A stretch of DNA of 64,000 nt, taken from an uncultured Gammaproteobacteria bacterium. GTDB taxonomy: Bacteria > Patescibacteriota > Patescibacteriia > Veblenbacterales > UBA10138. Both the position numbers and the translations under genes were made by a program. The DNA lies in NCBI GenBank assembly GCA_964453605.1, contig CAYVOI010000001.1, forward strand, positions 241,627 to 305,626. Reading direction: 5' to 3'. This document shows, one piece after another, positions 1 through 9,978 of the stretch. The stretch's first letter is position 1, and the number at the start of each line of letters is the position of its first letter. The notes beneath the pieces are model-generated. The model had not been told where the DNA came from and searched no databases. It worked only from the letters and a program-made list of their open reading frames with translations.

Positions 1-422
1 TACAGTCCGTTGAAACCAGTCTTGTTCAAGAAGATTAGATGAGCCGTTTTGCCGATAGAGCCATCTCTCAACGAGTTGTATTTGCTGCGCATCTCATAGT
101 AAAACTCGCTTTGCTCTTCGTCTGATTTTGCGTGATAAGCGTTTTGTATTTGTCGCAGAAGTTTTACCAATTCGTTTGTTCTATTCTGAACGTGTTTGTA
201 TGCAGCAATAAGCGTAGTGTTGATGTCATTCAAAACCGCTTCTTTTGGCTGTACATCAAAGAACACTGCGCCACCGCCCAGGAAGGGTTCAAAGTAACGA
301 TTGAACTTCAAAGGATAGAAATTACGAAGTTGCGGCAGGAGTTGTGTTTTACCCCCTACCCATTTCACGAATGGTTTTGCCGTCCTCTTCTTCAATTTTG
401 GTTTTGTGATGGTCATTGTCAT
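1..422 (-). CDS. Dam-family DNA adenine methyltransferase, N-terminal part (runs off window)
   Basis: Manual translation from ATG at 422: ...PFVKWVGGKTQL...YFEPFLGGGAVFF...NDIN...FLNKTGFNGL, typical Dam/D12 motifs; not in the ORF track. Confidence 0.9.
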   Translation of the reverse strand, partial: MTMTITKPKLKKRTAKPFVKWVGGKTQLLPQLRNFYPLKFNRYFEPFLGGGAVFFDVQPKEAVLNDINTTLIAAYKHVQNRTNELVKLLRQIQNAYHAKSDEEQSEFYYEMRSKYNSLRDGSIGKTAHLIFLNKTGFNGL

Positions 423-436
423 AGTGTTGAAGCCAG

Positions 437-619
437 CTACTTTTTGGATTTCTCGTCATCTCTTCCTTGTTTGAGAAAATCCTTTATGTCCTGGTCGGTA
501 AAGCGCCATTTACCGAGTTTTGAACCTTTGAGCCAGCCTTTTGCCATATACCTGAATAGCGTTCGCTCTTTGACGCCAAGCACCTTCTCCAACTGTTTCA
601 ATGTGTAGGTTTTTAGCAT
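437..619 (-). CDS. Helix-turn-helix DNA-binding protein (excisionase-like)
   Basis: YTLKQLEKVLGVKERTLFRY...G.LKGSKLGKWRF pattern, 60 aa. Confidence 0.75.
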   Translation of the reverse strand: MLKTYTLKQLEKVLGVKERTLFRYMAKGWLKGSKLGKWRFTDQDIKDFLKQGRDDEKSKK

Positions 620-696
620 AAAACTTTTGACTTACTGGTGTCTTTATTCTACACTTGAATCAATGAGAAGGCAACTTTTGACAGGGTGCCTTATAA

Positions 697-1341
697 ATGA
701 AAATGACTATGAAAACCAAGCTGGACAATTTTACTGAACTTATCCGCGAAGGAATGCAGTATGCGGAACCAAACATAGAGGATGGAAGCTACCTAATTAA
801 AATCTATGAGGACACACTCTTTGTGAATGGATTTTCGAAGGAAGATATCGAACGGCTTTTGAATAAACTACGTGTCGATGGTCTCATCGCTTTAGTACAA
901 ATCTTCTACGCGCCAAACACTACACTTTCAAGCTATGATCCGCAGGCAAAAGTGAAAGGCAAGGCTGTTTCTGATGAAGTCTTCAATAAACCCGTATATT
1001 ACCTCCATATCAACAAAGAGAAATTGGAGCCAGTCAACTCTGATGAGCCACTTTCGTTTGACGAAGTAACTGGTGTCATTTACTTTCACGGCAAGAAGTG
1101 TGAACTACCACTAAAACAGGTTGAGTACTACGTTTTCAAAACCTTATATGCTAAACCGATTGGAACACGTGTGCCAGAAGATGACATCGAGGAAGAGATT
1201 GATTTACTAAATAGGGGTGATGAAAGTTCCTCCAGGGTTTACGATGCACGCAGGCGAATCAACAAACGCAGCAAAGAACAACTTGGAATTGAGCAACTTA
1301 TCGGATACCGAAACTCTACGTATTGGATAACCCAGTCATAG
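697..1341 (+). CDS. Hypothetical protein with probable C-terminal winged-helix domain
   Basis: 214-aa ORF; C-terminus resembles an OmpR-type wHTH (EYYVFKTLY...VYDARRRINK). Confidence 0.55.
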   Translation: MKMTMKTKLDNFTELIREGMQYAEPNIEDGSYLIKIYEDTLFVNGFSKEDIERLLNKLRVDGLIALVQIFYAPNTTLSSYDPQAKVKGKAVSDEVFNKPVYYLHINKEKLEPVNSDEPLSFDEVTGVIYFHGKKCELPLKQVEYYVFKTLYAKPIGTRVPEDDIEEEIDLLNRGDESSSRVYDARRRINKRSKEQLGIEQLIGYRNSTYWITQS

Positions 1342-1430
1342 GCAATTCTGACTCGGATTGAGTCAGTACGCTTCCATAGTCATAGGAATAGGCTTGAGAA
1401 AAGCCTGTTTTATTTTGGCTTTGAAAGTTT

Positions 1431-1682
1431 ATGACAATGACTGGATACAACACAGATGAGTTTCGCACTGCAGACCTTTCGCTGACTGCGGCTCTTTGCG
1501 TTTCTGGCTTTGTCGTTGAAGAGATGGAGAGGGTTAGTCCCAGTAGGTCGGTCTTCATCTTCCAGGACACTACCGAACTTCAAGAAGCTGTGAGCCGCTA
1601 TTGGCGAGCAGATTTGAGAGTTGAGCCTCAAGCGCTATTCAACCAACTCAAAGTCTTAAAAGCGCGAATCTACGAGCGATGA
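1431..1682 (+). CDS. Small hypothetical protein (DUF5659-like)
   Basis: TADLSLTAAL...F.F....L...V..YW...L.VEP pattern; stop overlaps next start. Confidence 0.55.
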   Translation: MTMTGYNTDEFRTADLSLTAALCVSGFVVEEMERVSPSRSVFIFQDTTELQEAVSRYWRADLRVEPQALFNQLKVLKARIYER

Positions 1683-1876
1683 TTTCTGACGCTTCACTAC
1701 AAGAGTTTAAGGAGATTTGGAAAGAAGAGATTGGTACTGAAATCTCCGATGAACAAGCAATGGAAGAAGCTACGCAGCTTTTGACGCTCTTTGATGCGAT
1801 TTACCGACCCATCAAGAAGCAATGGCTTAATGACGATGACTATGGAATCCACAAGCGACAATCTCAAGCGGTATAA
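1679..1876 (+). CDS. Hypothetical protein
   Basis: ATGA overlap with upstream ORF; 65 aa. Confidence 0.6.
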   Translation: MISDASLQEFKEIWKEEIGTEISDEQAMEEATQLLTLFDAIYRPIKKQWLNDDDYGIHKRQSQAV

Positions 1877-2741
1877 GCCTGAACCGCGAGAAGTCGGTTC
1901 AAAAGACGATTCCACAAAGGAACCGTTTATTCCTTTTGGTCGCTACCTCACAGAACACTACCGCGGTCACAAAATAACATATCGAGAGCTTGAGCTTTAC
2001 CTTTGGATGCGTCTACACGCCAATAAGTTTGGCATCGCTGACATAAGTACGGGCAAAATCCTCGACGACTTACATCATTTCAAAAGTGTTGATTACATCA
2101 CAAAGACTTTGAGGTCGTTGCGAAGGAAGAGGTACATCAGTTATCAGGATCGCAAAGGACACCGACGTTCGTTCGATGTCCGTTTTGATTACTGGCTTGG
2201 AGAAGGCGGCATAGTATGGACTCTTGGCAATGAAGGTAGGTACGAACTCCGAGGTGAAAATCTATCCTCAAACAGTACTGAAATGGATGTTACTCCGAGG
2301 TCAGATACTCAAACTCCGAAGTTGAACGGGCAAGAACAAGCTGAAAACAATGCTTTGCCCGCAGTAGTTGTCCGAGGTGATAAGAACGATAAGGAGATTG
2401 AGAAGGAGAATAGAGATTACTCGTCGTCGACGCCTTTAAGAGAAAAGAAGACTTGGAAAGAGATTCCAACGCTCGGTTTCAAGTGGAAGGACGATAACGA
2501 GAAGCGATGCTATGAAATTGCAATCGAAGTCGACGATGAGTATATGGATTACATCTTGAGTAGGCTTTACCACAAATACGGTGGCATCGAAGTCATAGAG
2601 GAAGGCTACAAGCGCTTCGAAGAAGGAATGCGAGCTGCCGACAATAATCTTGATGACATCGGAATCACCGCCGCCTTCTTCAATCACTTCCTTGAAGGAG
2701 CATTAAGCGATAACAGGCTCAAAATACTTGGGCGGTTTTGA
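1842..2741 (+). CDS. Hypothetical protein, possible replication-initiator-like HTH
   Basis: Long ORF in island; N-terminal HTH-like segment (ELELYLWM...TLRSLRRKRYI); start uncertain. Confidence 0.5.
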   Translation: MESTSDNLKRYKPEPREVGSKDDSTKEPFIPFGRYLTEHYRGHKITYRELELYLWMRLHANKFGIADISTGKILDDLHHFKSVDYITKTLRSLRRKRYISYQDRKGHRRSFDVRFDYWLGEGGIVWTLGNEGRYELRGENLSSNSTEMDVTPRSDTQTPKLNGQEQAENNALPAVVVRGDKNDKEIEKENRDYSSSTPLREKKTWKEIPTLGFKWKDDNEKRCYEIAIEVDDEYMDYILSRLYHKYGGIEVIEEGYKRFEEGMRAADNNLDDIGITAAFFNHFLEGALSDNRLKILGRF

Positions 2742-2990
2742 ATACTATGAAAATCCAATCAAACACAATTATGCACCTATACCCCCTTGTCAGGGTTTTA
2801 CAGGGTGCTATAATTAAATTGCGTCCTACAAGTTTGAATATAAGCACAGGGTATTTGCCTTTTTTGGCTCCAGGTGAGCAAAGAGGGGCGACTATCCTCC
2901 GCATCTGGGGTGCCTTGTGCATTTCAGACTTGTGGGACGCAGGCTCTGGTCGTCCCTCTTTGTCGTTAGTGGGACGACGGGCATACATCT

Positions 2991-3449
2991 ATGACCCGCG
3001 ACCCCAACTCAAAAGAAGACACTCAAGTAGTGTTCTTCAAAAACAATCCTATCACTCCAAAGAAGAGCCAGTTCCTCCAAAGGATCGGATGGTTCTGGTA
3101 TTTGATTTCGGTTGTTGTTTTACTTCGACTCCTTCAAGTCACGGAGAACTTTTGGCTCACTCTTGCCGCCAGCATAGCGGTGGTGTTTGCGTTTCGATGG
3201 CGAAAAATCGTAGAGGAGATAGACGAGGACATAAAACGTCACGGAACCAGAAACGCACTGACCACGGTTATCAACATACTTTTCATAAAAATTGTTATTT
3301 ACGCAATCGGTCTCTCCTTCCTTTTCACGCTTGCTATGCCACTTGCCTGCAACATTCAAGACTCAATGGGTATCAAGTTCTTCTCGAATAGATTTTGCGA
3401 GAACAGCTTTACTAACCTTAAATATCAACTTTATGAAAACAGATATTAA
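2991..3449 (+). CDS. Membrane protein, unknown function
   Basis: Several hydrophobic segments, 152 aa. Confidence 0.6.
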   Translation: MTRDPNSKEDTQVVFFKNNPITPKKSQFLQRIGWFWYLISVVVLLRLLQVTENFWLTLAASIAVVFAFRWRKIVEEIDEDIKRHGTRNALTTVINILFIKIVIYAIGLSFLFTLAMPLACNIQDSMGIKFFSNRFCENSFTNLKYQLYENRY

Positions 3450-5121
3450 AAACAACAAAATCAATTACATCTCCTACACCCGCAAAAGTACAGAGGGCGA
3501 GGATAGACAAACACTCTCGCTCGAAGACCAGAAGCGAGAGCTTGATGAGCTAATTAGCAAAGAGGGTCTGAAGGTCTCTGAAAGTTTTACTGGGAAAGTG
3601 AAAGGTGAAAGCCAGTCCGCACACAAGAGAGGGCGACCGATTTTCAATCACATAATGCAACAGATTGAGAGAGGAAAAGCGAACGGTCTGATTGTGTACC
3701 ACCCAAACCGTATTGCCCGTAATGCTTTCGATGGCGGTCTTGTCATCACGTTGATGGACGAAGGTAAGTTGCTCGAAATTAAAACTCCCACCAAAACATA
3801 CGTGAACAACCCAGACGACAAGTTTTGGTTACAGTTGGAGTTCGGTATGGCAAAGAAGTCATCTGATGATAACGGTGTCGCAGTGACCAGAGGCATTAAG
3901 ACAAAATTGATGGCTGGATGGTATCCTTCACGCGCTCCACTTGGTTACCTCAACACAAAGAATTACGAAGAGAAGGGTAAGAACTTCATTCTCAAAGATA
4001 CAGAGCGCTACGATTCGGTTCGTCGAATGTGGGACTTGATGCTTACGGGAAACTATACTCCTCCGCAGATTGTTCAAATTGCTAACAACGAGTGGAAGTT
4101 CAAAACACGTCCTACCAAACGTCACCCAGGACTCAAGCCACTTTCGCGCAGCAACATCTACAAAATCTTTACCAATCCGTTCTACTACGGTTACTTTGAA
4201 TACGGCAAGGAAGGTTCAAAGCAGTTATACAAAGGCAGTCACGAGCCTATGATTACAGAAAAGGAGTACGACATCGTACAGAAGTTACTCGGACGACTGG
4301 GCAGACCACGCGCCCAAAAACATCGCTTTGCTTTCACAGGATTGATGAGATGCGGTAACTGCGGCGCAATGATTACCGCCGAGGAAAAGGTAAAACATCA
4401 GAAGAATGGCAACATCCATCACTACGTGTATTATCGCTGCACAAAACAGAAGGATGAAAAATGCCCAGAGAAGGCAATCGAGTTGAAAGAATTGAGTTCG
4501 CAGATTGATGAAGCTATTGGAAAGTTCACTATATCCGAGCGCTTTAAGAATTGGGCAATCAAAGACTTGCACCAGATACGCCAAACTGAAGCCCAAACAC
4601 ACGAAGCTGCTCTCAAGAGCACTGAACGCGACCACTTGCGCATTACGCAGCAGTTACACAATCTTTTGCTCAAGCATTCTTCACCAGAGAATAGCGAAGG
4701 ACAGTTGATGTCGGATGCAGAATATCAGGATGTGCGCACGAGCTTGCTAAAGCAGAAATCTGCGCTTGAGTCACGAATCACTACTCAAAACAAGGAAATT
4801 GACGAGTGGGTTGCATTAAGCGAACGCACCTTCAATTTTGCCCGCTACGCACGAACTTGGTTTGCCCAGGGCGATATGAACACCAAGAGAGCGATATTCG
4901 CCTGCATAGGTTCGCACCTCATAGTCAAAGACCGAAAAATAGCAGTTACCCTTCGTCCAGTGTTCCAAACAATCTTTGAAGCATTGCCAAAAACACAACC
5001 TGCAATTTCCGAGATTAGAACCTCTCTTGAACTTGCACTTTCAGCTTCAAATAACGAAAAAGACGCCCTTTCGGGGCAGTCTATTTCTACTTGGCGGAGA
5101 GGATGGGATTCGAACCCATGA
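3433..5121 (+). CDS. Large serine recombinase (resolvase + recombinase + Zn ribbon + coiled coil)
   Basis: YTRKST catalytic motif, R..RN, CGNCG...YYRC...C zinc ribbon. Confidence 0.92.
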   Translation: MKTDIKNNKINYISYTRKSTEGEDRQTLSLEDQKRELDELISKEGLKVSESFTGKVKGESQSAHKRGRPIFNHIMQQIERGKANGLIVYHPNRIARNAFDGGLVITLMDEGKLLEIKTPTKTYVNNPDDKFWLQLEFGMAKKSSDDNGVAVTRGIKTKLMAGWYPSRAPLGYLNTKNYEEKGKNFILKDTERYDSVRRMWDLMLTGNYTPPQIVQIANNEWKFKTRPTKRHPGLKPLSRSNIYKIFTNPFYYGYFEYGKEGSKQLYKGSHEPMITEKEYDIVQKLLGRLGRPRAQKHRFAFTGLMRCGNCGAMITAEEKVKHQKNGNIHHYVYYRCTKQKDEKCPEKAIELKELSSQIDEAIGKFTISERFKNWAIKDLHQIRQTEAQTHEAALKSTERDHLRITQQLHNLLLKHSSPENSEGQLMSDAEYQDVRTSLLKQKSALESRITTQNKEIDEWVALSERTFNFARYARTWFAQGDMNTKRAIFACIGSHLIVKDRKIAVTLRPVFQTIFEALPKTQPAISEIRTSLELALSASNNEKDALSGQSISTWRRGWDSNP

Positions 5122-5182
5122 GGCGCTGTTTAGGCGCCACGGTTTAGCAAACCGTTGCCTTAAGCCACTCGGCCACCTCTCC
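5092..5182 (-). tRNA. tRNA-Ser(GCT)
   Basis: GGAGAGG/CCTCTCC acceptor, ACGGT-TTGCTAA-ACCGT anticodon arm, long variable arm, GTTCGAATC, CCA. Confidence 0.95.
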
Positions 5183-5189
5183 CTATGCT

Positions 5190-5582
5190 TTAAAGATTTT
5201 CTGACAGAAATTTTTTCAGAGCTCCCAGATCTTTTTTCTCTGGGTCGTAATAGTACGATGTGATACCAAGTAATTGAGCACTTTTTACCGCATTTGGGTT
5301 ATGTTCAAAGTAGATGACTTCGTCTTTGTTTAAATCATACCGCTGTAACAATATTTCAAAGTATTTAGGGTCAGTTTTTTCCGGGTCGTGTTTTAAGGTG
5401 AACACCTCGTAGGGCATTTTATCCAGGCCGAATTTCTTGAATTCTTCATCATTTGCACCTGTCAAAATTATTTTTTTGTTCGGAAGAGTTTCGAGTAAAC
5501 TATGCATTGCTTCAAATATTTCAAAACCTTCATTTACCCTAACTACGAATCCGTCAATGGCATCAACTAAAATAGTTTTCAT
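5190..5582 (-). CDS. HAD-superfamily hydrolase-like protein
   Basis: ILVDAIDG motif I-like, K.DP..F, YFEH...V..A...G motif IV-like. Confidence 0.65.
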   Translation of the reverse strand: MKTILVDAIDGFVVRVNEGFEIFEAMHSLLETLPNKKIILTGANDEEFKKFGLDKMPYEVFTLKHDPEKTDPKYFEILLQRYDLNKDEVIYFEHNPNAVKSAQLLGITSYYYDPEKKDLGALKKFLSENL

Positions 5583-5608
5583 ATAGTTACCTTATAGGCG
5601 GGGGCTAG

Positions 5609-5698
5609 TGGCGGAGGGCACAGGATTCGAACCTGTGTGAGGCTCTCGCCCCAACTGGTTTTCAAGACCAGCGCCTTAAGCCACTCAGCGACCTCTCC
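5609..5698 (-). tRNA. tRNA-Ser(TGA), acceptor stem with two mismatches (possibly degenerate)
   Basis: CTGGT-CTTGAAA-ACCAG anticodon arm, T-arm, CCA; acceptor GGAGAGG/GCCCTCC. Confidence 0.75.
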
Positions 5699-5701
5699 AC
5701 G

Positions 5702-6016
5702 TTAATTCAATTTACTGTACAGCTTTTTAAATTTGTCTTTTTTATAGCATACCAGGAACCTGTCTTTGTACCTGAGCCCCTGCGCCGTAGCGCCGAGGCA
5801 GAACCCTAGCACTATGGGGTTGTAGATATGACTCAGTACAAGTGTAACACCGAGTGCTAGTGCCCATATCCAGTGGTGCAGGTGAATGTAGTATGCGCCG
5901 AAGCTTAGGCGTAGCGATTGGTGTATGTTGTCTCCCGCGACTTTGCCAGCCGTGAGGCTGAACAACAGGTAGGTAGCAAGCGCGGCGAGCGCAATAGGTA
6001 GGGCAGAGTGCAGCAT
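5702..6016 (-). CDS. Small membrane protein
   Basis: Hydrophobic segments, HLHHW motif. Confidence 0.6.
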   Translation of the reverse strand: MLHSALPIALAALATYLLFSLTAGKVAGDNIHQSLRLSFGAYYIHLHHWIWALALGVTLVLSHIYNPIVLGFCLGATAQGLRYKDRFLVCYKKDKFKKLYSKLN

Positions 6017-6027
6017 GGGGTTTATGG

Positions 6028-6262
6028 TGGCGGAGGGGGGTGGCCCTGAAGTAGAGCATAGCTCACTTCAGGGTAAAATTCGAACCTTACTGCGGTGTAA
6101 TAGTTTTTCGCGACCCCGTACGAGAGCGGTGGGGGCGAGATTCGAACTCGCGGTCCGTTTGAGCGGACTCCGGTTTTCAAGACCGGTGCACTAAACCACT
6201 ATGCGACCCCACCGCTCTTCTACGGGGCAAGCTGTCCGATTAAACCACTCTCGCACCCCTCC
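6028..6262 (-). pseudogene. Split/degenerate outer tRNA-Ser enclosing an intact tRNA and a T-loop hairpin insertion
   Basis: 5' GGAGGGGTGCGAGAGTGGTTTAATCGG and 3' GGTTCGAAT...CCCCTCCGCCA pair as an acceptor stem across a 235-nt span. Confidence 0.7.
6127..6213 (-). tRNA. tRNA-Ser(TGA), intact, nested, no encoded CCA
   Basis: GGTGGGG/CCCCACC acceptor, CCGGT-CTTGAAA-ACCGG arm, variable arm, GTTCGAATC. Confidence 0.9.
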
Positions 6263-6396
6263 CTAGCCAAAAAATTGCTACCCCAGTATAGCCACCAAGG
6301 TCAGGAGTGTCAACGTTACCACTTAGGCATTTATTGACGGTAAACAGAAGATGCTTTACCCTTCATACTACAAAGCCAATACAAAAGGAGTCCGCC

Positions 6397-6585
6397 ATGG
6401 AACAGTCAGCAACATCGACATCCGATAAAGACTGTACCTGTCCAAAGAACTGCGATTGCCAAAATCCGCCGCCGTTTCACTGGGATGGGCAGGATGGTAT
6501 TTATCACATCAGTAATATGTGTCCTATACATAACGAAAACCCCCTCGCGAGTGAGGATTGTCCTGTACATAACAATAACCTCTAA
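6397..6585 (+). CDS. Small Cys/His-rich protein
   Basis: AAGGAG upstream; CTCPKNCDC, CPIH, CPVH; downstream hairpin + T-run. Confidence 0.6.
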   Translation: MEQSATSTSDKDCTCPKNCDCQNPPPFHWDGQDGIYHISNMCPIHNENPLASEDCPVHNNNL

Positions 6586-6640
6586 GAGGGTGATTGCTTT
6601 GAGCCATAACCACCTGGTTCCCCGGGTGGTTTTTCATTTT

Positions 6641-7354
6641 CTACCCCTTAGCTACCGTGAGACCCCAGACTTCATGCGCTCCCGCGGCTTTGAGCGCCCG
6701 GGCACAGGCTTCGAGCGTGGCGCCTGAGGTGTAGACATCGTCTACCACCACAAACGTTTTCCCGTTTACGTTTGCTCCGGGCACTACCGTAAACGCTTCG
6801 CGTACATTTTCGGCACGCTCCTCATTAGTCAATTTATTTTGTGGTTTAGTGTGACGCACCCGCTCAAGTACTCGGACTAGTGGAAGTTTAGCCTGCTCAT
6901 GCACAAAGTGAGCTAAGAGTTCAGCTTGGTTAAAGTTTCGCTGCCGGAGCTTGCGCGCCGTAAGTGGTACGGGCACGAGCTGCCACTCGCTCCGTGGGGT
7001 GCCGTGCCAGGCTGGGGGCAGGTCAAAGGCCTTAAGCGTAGCAGTTAGAATATTGCCTAAGGGGACCGTAAGTTCTTTCAGGCCGTCGTACTTTAGGTTG
7101 TGTATCAGCTCTCGTACCAATGGGTTACCGTAGTACTGGGCTACCCACACGCCGTGTAGGGCTTTGTCAGCCCTGCACTCAGCGCAAAATGCGCCAAGCT
7201 CGCTGGGCTCGCCACAGCTGGGGCAGGTGAGCTGGCGGGGGAAGTGGAGGCTGGCTAGGCAGGCAGTGCAGCAGTAACTACCATAGCGGCCGCAACCCAA
7301 ACAGCGGCGGGGGAACAGCGCGTCTACGAGCCAGTTCCACCAGCCGGTCAGCAT
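6641..7354 (-). CDS. comF: ComF-family competence protein
   Basis: Double zinc ribbon N-terminus, RNFNQ, VVDDVYTSGATL. Confidence 0.9.
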   Translation of the reverse strand: MLTGWWNWLVDALFPRRCLGCGRYGSYCCTACLASLHFPRQLTCPSCGEPSELGAFCAECRADKALHGVWVAQYYGNPLVRELIHNLKYDGLKELTVPLGNILTATLKAFDLPPAWHGTPRSEWQLVPVPLTARKLRQRNFNQAELLAHFVHEQAKLPLVRVLERVRHTKPQNKLTNEERAENVREAFTVVPGANVNGKTFVVVDDVYTSGATLEACARALKAAGAHEVWGLTVAKG

Positions 7355-7363
7355 ACCTCACCC

Positions 7364-9880
7364 TTACTCCAAGGTTATCGTACCGTCCTTAGCCGCTTTG
7401 ATAGTTACCTTGGTTGGCGTTTTTTGGAGGTGGAGCAGTTTGTGGGTTATGGGGTCTTCCACCTGTTCCTGCAGGAAGCGGCGGATGCCGCGAGCACCCT
7501 CGTCTGGCGAAAACGTTTTTTTGGCAATGGCCGCTGCCACCCCACGCCCTAAAGTCACTTCGAGCTTCAGTTTTTGTGCTTTGAGGCGCTGGTTCAAGTC
7601 TGCCACCTGCAGCTTCACAATGTCTTCCAGGTTAGCCTCAGAGAGGGGGTTAAAGATGACTATGCCGTCCAAGCGGTTCAAAAACTCCGGACGGAAGAAC
7701 TTTTTAACCTCGCCCATTAAACGCTCCTTGAGTTCAGCAAAGCTCTCTTGGAATTCGGTTTTACCCTCGCCCCCAGCGCTAAAGCCGAGGCGGGCTTGGT
7801 TTCTGAGCTCTTGCAGCCCGAGGTTAGAGGTCATGAGGATGAGCGAGTTTTTGAAGTTCACCTGCTTCCCAGCCGCGTCGGTTAGGTGCCCATCTTCCAA
7901 AATTTGTAGGAGCAGGTTGAACACATCGGGGTGGGCTTTTTCCAGTTCATCAAACAGCACCACTGAGGCGGGTTTGCGCTTGATGAGGTCAGTGAGCTTG
8001 TTAGAGTCTTTGTAGCCTACGTAGCCAGCGGGCGCGCCGATGAGTTTAGAAATGTTGAACCCTTCGGCAAACTCTGACATGTCGAGGCGTATGAGCGCCG
8101 AGGGGTCACCAAACACCGTCTCGGCTACTGCTTTAGCGAGTTCCGTTTTACCAACGCCTGAAGGCCCTAGGAAAATGAATGAGCCAAGCGGTCGGTTGGG
8201 GTTGCCAAAGCCGAGGCGGCCACGGCGTATGGCCTTGGCCACGTGCGTAATAGCTTCAGCTTGCCCCACCACACGCGTGCTCAAAACGCTCTCCAGCTTT
8301 TGCAGCCGCTCGCGCTCCGGCGCCATGAGCTCGGTCACCGGCACGCCAGTAACCTGGGCTACCACTTGCGCAATTTGCTCTGGGCCAACCGTGCCTAAAC
8401 GTTGCTCCCCGCCGTGGCCCTTGCGCAGGCGCTCCAAATCAGTTTTGACTTTGGCCTCCTCTTCTTTGTAGGCGTTAGCCAGCGGGAAGTTCTCTTCTTT
8501 AATAGCGAGCTCTTTAGCCTCCGTGAGCTGCCGTAAGCGTTCACTGAGCCCACGTTCGGCCGTCAGTTGTTCGCTTGGTGCTTGTGAGGTTTTAAGGTGT
8601 GAGGCCGCTTCGTCCAGCAGGTCTATGGCCTTGTCAGGCAAGAACTTTTCTGGCACGTAGCGCTCGGACAGTCGAACCGCTGCCTCAATCGCCTCGTCGG
8701 TTATGGTAACGTGGTGGAAGTTTTCGTAGCTCGCGCGAACACCTTTTAGTACTTCCATGGTTTCTTCGGGTGTAGGTTCAGCCACCTGCACCACCTGGAA
8801 CCTGCGCTCCAGCGCGGCGTCGGATTCAATGGTCTTTTTGTACTCTTCCTGCGTGGTGGCACCAATGCAGCGGATGAGCCCTTTTGCCAAGGCTGGTTTA
8901 AGTAAGTTAGCCAGATCAAGCGTACCCGGCGCGCCGCCAGCGCCCACAATGGTGTGCACCTCGTCTATAAACAGAATAATTTCTGGGTGAGCCTTGAGTT
9001 CTTCCAGCAGTTGTTTGAGGCGGCCCTCAAACTCACCGCGGTACATGGTGCCTGCCACCATGAGCCCCAGGTCCAGAGCGTAGATTTTTTTGTCGCGGAG
9101 AAAATCAGGCACCGCGCCCTCAGCTATGCGGCGCGCCAACCCTTCCACAATGGCGGTCTTGCCCACCCCGGGGTCGCCGAGGAGCAGGGGATTGTTCTTG
9201 GTGCGCCGTGCCAGGATGTTGATGACCCTGGTGATCTCGCGTTCTCGGCCCACCACCGGGTCCAGCTTAGCGCGTGATTCTTTGGAGGTGAGGTCGGTAG
9301 CAAAAAAGTTTAAAGCTGGCGTGTCACCATCGTCCGCGCGTTCACCTTTGGCCTCGGCCACGGCAAAAGCCTCGGTGAGGTCAGGGAACTTTGAGGTTGA
9401 GCGGAGGACCGAGGTGACGTTAGACTTTAAACTCTTGAGCTCCACGTCGAGCTTGCCCCAGAGTTCTTTCACCTCTGCCTCGTCACTCACCGTGAGCGCG
9501 TAGAGCAGGTGCTCGGTGCCAATGTAGTGGTGCTGGTACTTCCAGGCGGTGAGCACGGAGCGCTCGATAATCTTTTTAACCAAAGGCGACAGGTTGCCAC
9601 CCAAAACTTCCGCCAGCTCGGGGTTACTGTTTACCACTTCAGCCACTTTTTCGACCGTGCGGATAGACTGTGGTGTGGTGCCGAGCTTTTCATGAAGTTT
9701 TAAGGTAGACAGCCCGTGCTTGTCTAGAATCTCTGCTGCCAGGCTGCCGCGTTCGGCGGCCAGCGCGAGCACCAGGTCGGTAACCTCAAGCTCGCTCCGC
9801 CCAGCGGAGAGCGCGCCTCCGCGGGCGCGAGCCAAGATTTTCTGGTAGTGGCTGGTGAATTTTGAGAGTATATCGCTCAT
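7364..9880 (-). CDS. clpC: ATP-dependent Clp protease ATP-binding subunit
   Basis: Clp-N repeats, GDPGVGKT and GPSGVGKT Walker A, UVR-like linker. Confidence 0.93.
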   Translation of the reverse strand: MSDILSKFTSHYQKILARARGGALSAGRSELEVTDLVLALAAERGSLAAEILDKHGLSTLKLHEKLGTTPQSIRTVEKVAEVVNSNPELAEVLGGNLSPLVKKIIERSVLTAWKYQHHYIGTEHLLYALTVSDEAEVKELWGKLDVELKSLKSNVTSVLRSTSKFPDLTEAFAVAEAKGERADDGDTPALNFFATDLTSKESRAKLDPVVGREREITRVINILARRTKNNPLLLGDPGVGKTAIVEGLARRIAEGAVPDFLRDKKIYALDLGLMVAGTMYRGEFEGRLKQLLEELKAHPEIILFIDEVHTIVGAGGAPGTLDLANLLKPALAKGLIRCIGATTQEEYKKTIESDAALERRFQVVQVAEPTPEETMEVLKGVRASYENFHHVTITDEAIEAAVRLSERYVPEKFLPDKAIDLLDEAASHLKTSQAPSEQLTAERGLSERLRQLTEAKELAIKEENFPLANAYKEEEAKVKTDLERLRKGHGGEQRLGTVGPEQIAQVVAQVTGVPVTELMAPERERLQKLESVLSTRVVGQAEAITHVAKAIRRGRLGFGNPNRPLGSFIFLGPSGVGKTELAKAVAETVFGDPSALIRLDMSEFAEGFNISKLIGAPAGYVGYKDSNKLTDLIKRKPASVVLFDELEKAHPDVFNLLLQILEDGHLTDAAGKQVNFKNSLILMTSNLGLQELRNQARLGFSAGGEGKTEFQESFAELKERLMGEVKKFFRPEFLNRLDGIVIFNPLSEANLEDIVKLQVADLNQRLKAQKLKLEVTLGRGVAAAIAKKTFSPDEGARGIRRFLQEQVEDPITHKLLHLQKTPTKVTIKAAKDGTITLE

Positions 9881-9978
9881 AGAGCCTTATAACCTATATA
9901 ACGTTACTGGCCCGGCTTTGGTTCAACAGTAAACGTAACCTTGTATACCTATAGTATACCAGATTCCTGAGGTGCCTA

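Larger units (their letters stand above)
1..5121. mobile_element. Integrative element / prophage-like island end at tRNA-Ser(GCT)
   Basis: Lower GC; methylase, Xis-like HTH, orphans and a large serine recombinase whose ORF ends inside the tRNA 3' end; other end is outside the window. Confidence 0.75.

Noticed and set aside
132-608. 158-aa plus-strand ORF at the window start
   Set aside because: Antisense to the Dam-type methylase and the HTH gene.
2738-3391. 217-aa ORF overlapping the membrane-protein gene
   Set aside because: TTG start, no motifs, and overlaps a more plausible ORF on the same strand.
5609-6213. TGA-anticodon tRNAs as selenocysteine or stop-recoding tRNAs
   Set aside because: Anticodon TGA reads UCA (Ser); Sec or UGA suppression needs TCA. 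prfB is present and genes end in TGA.
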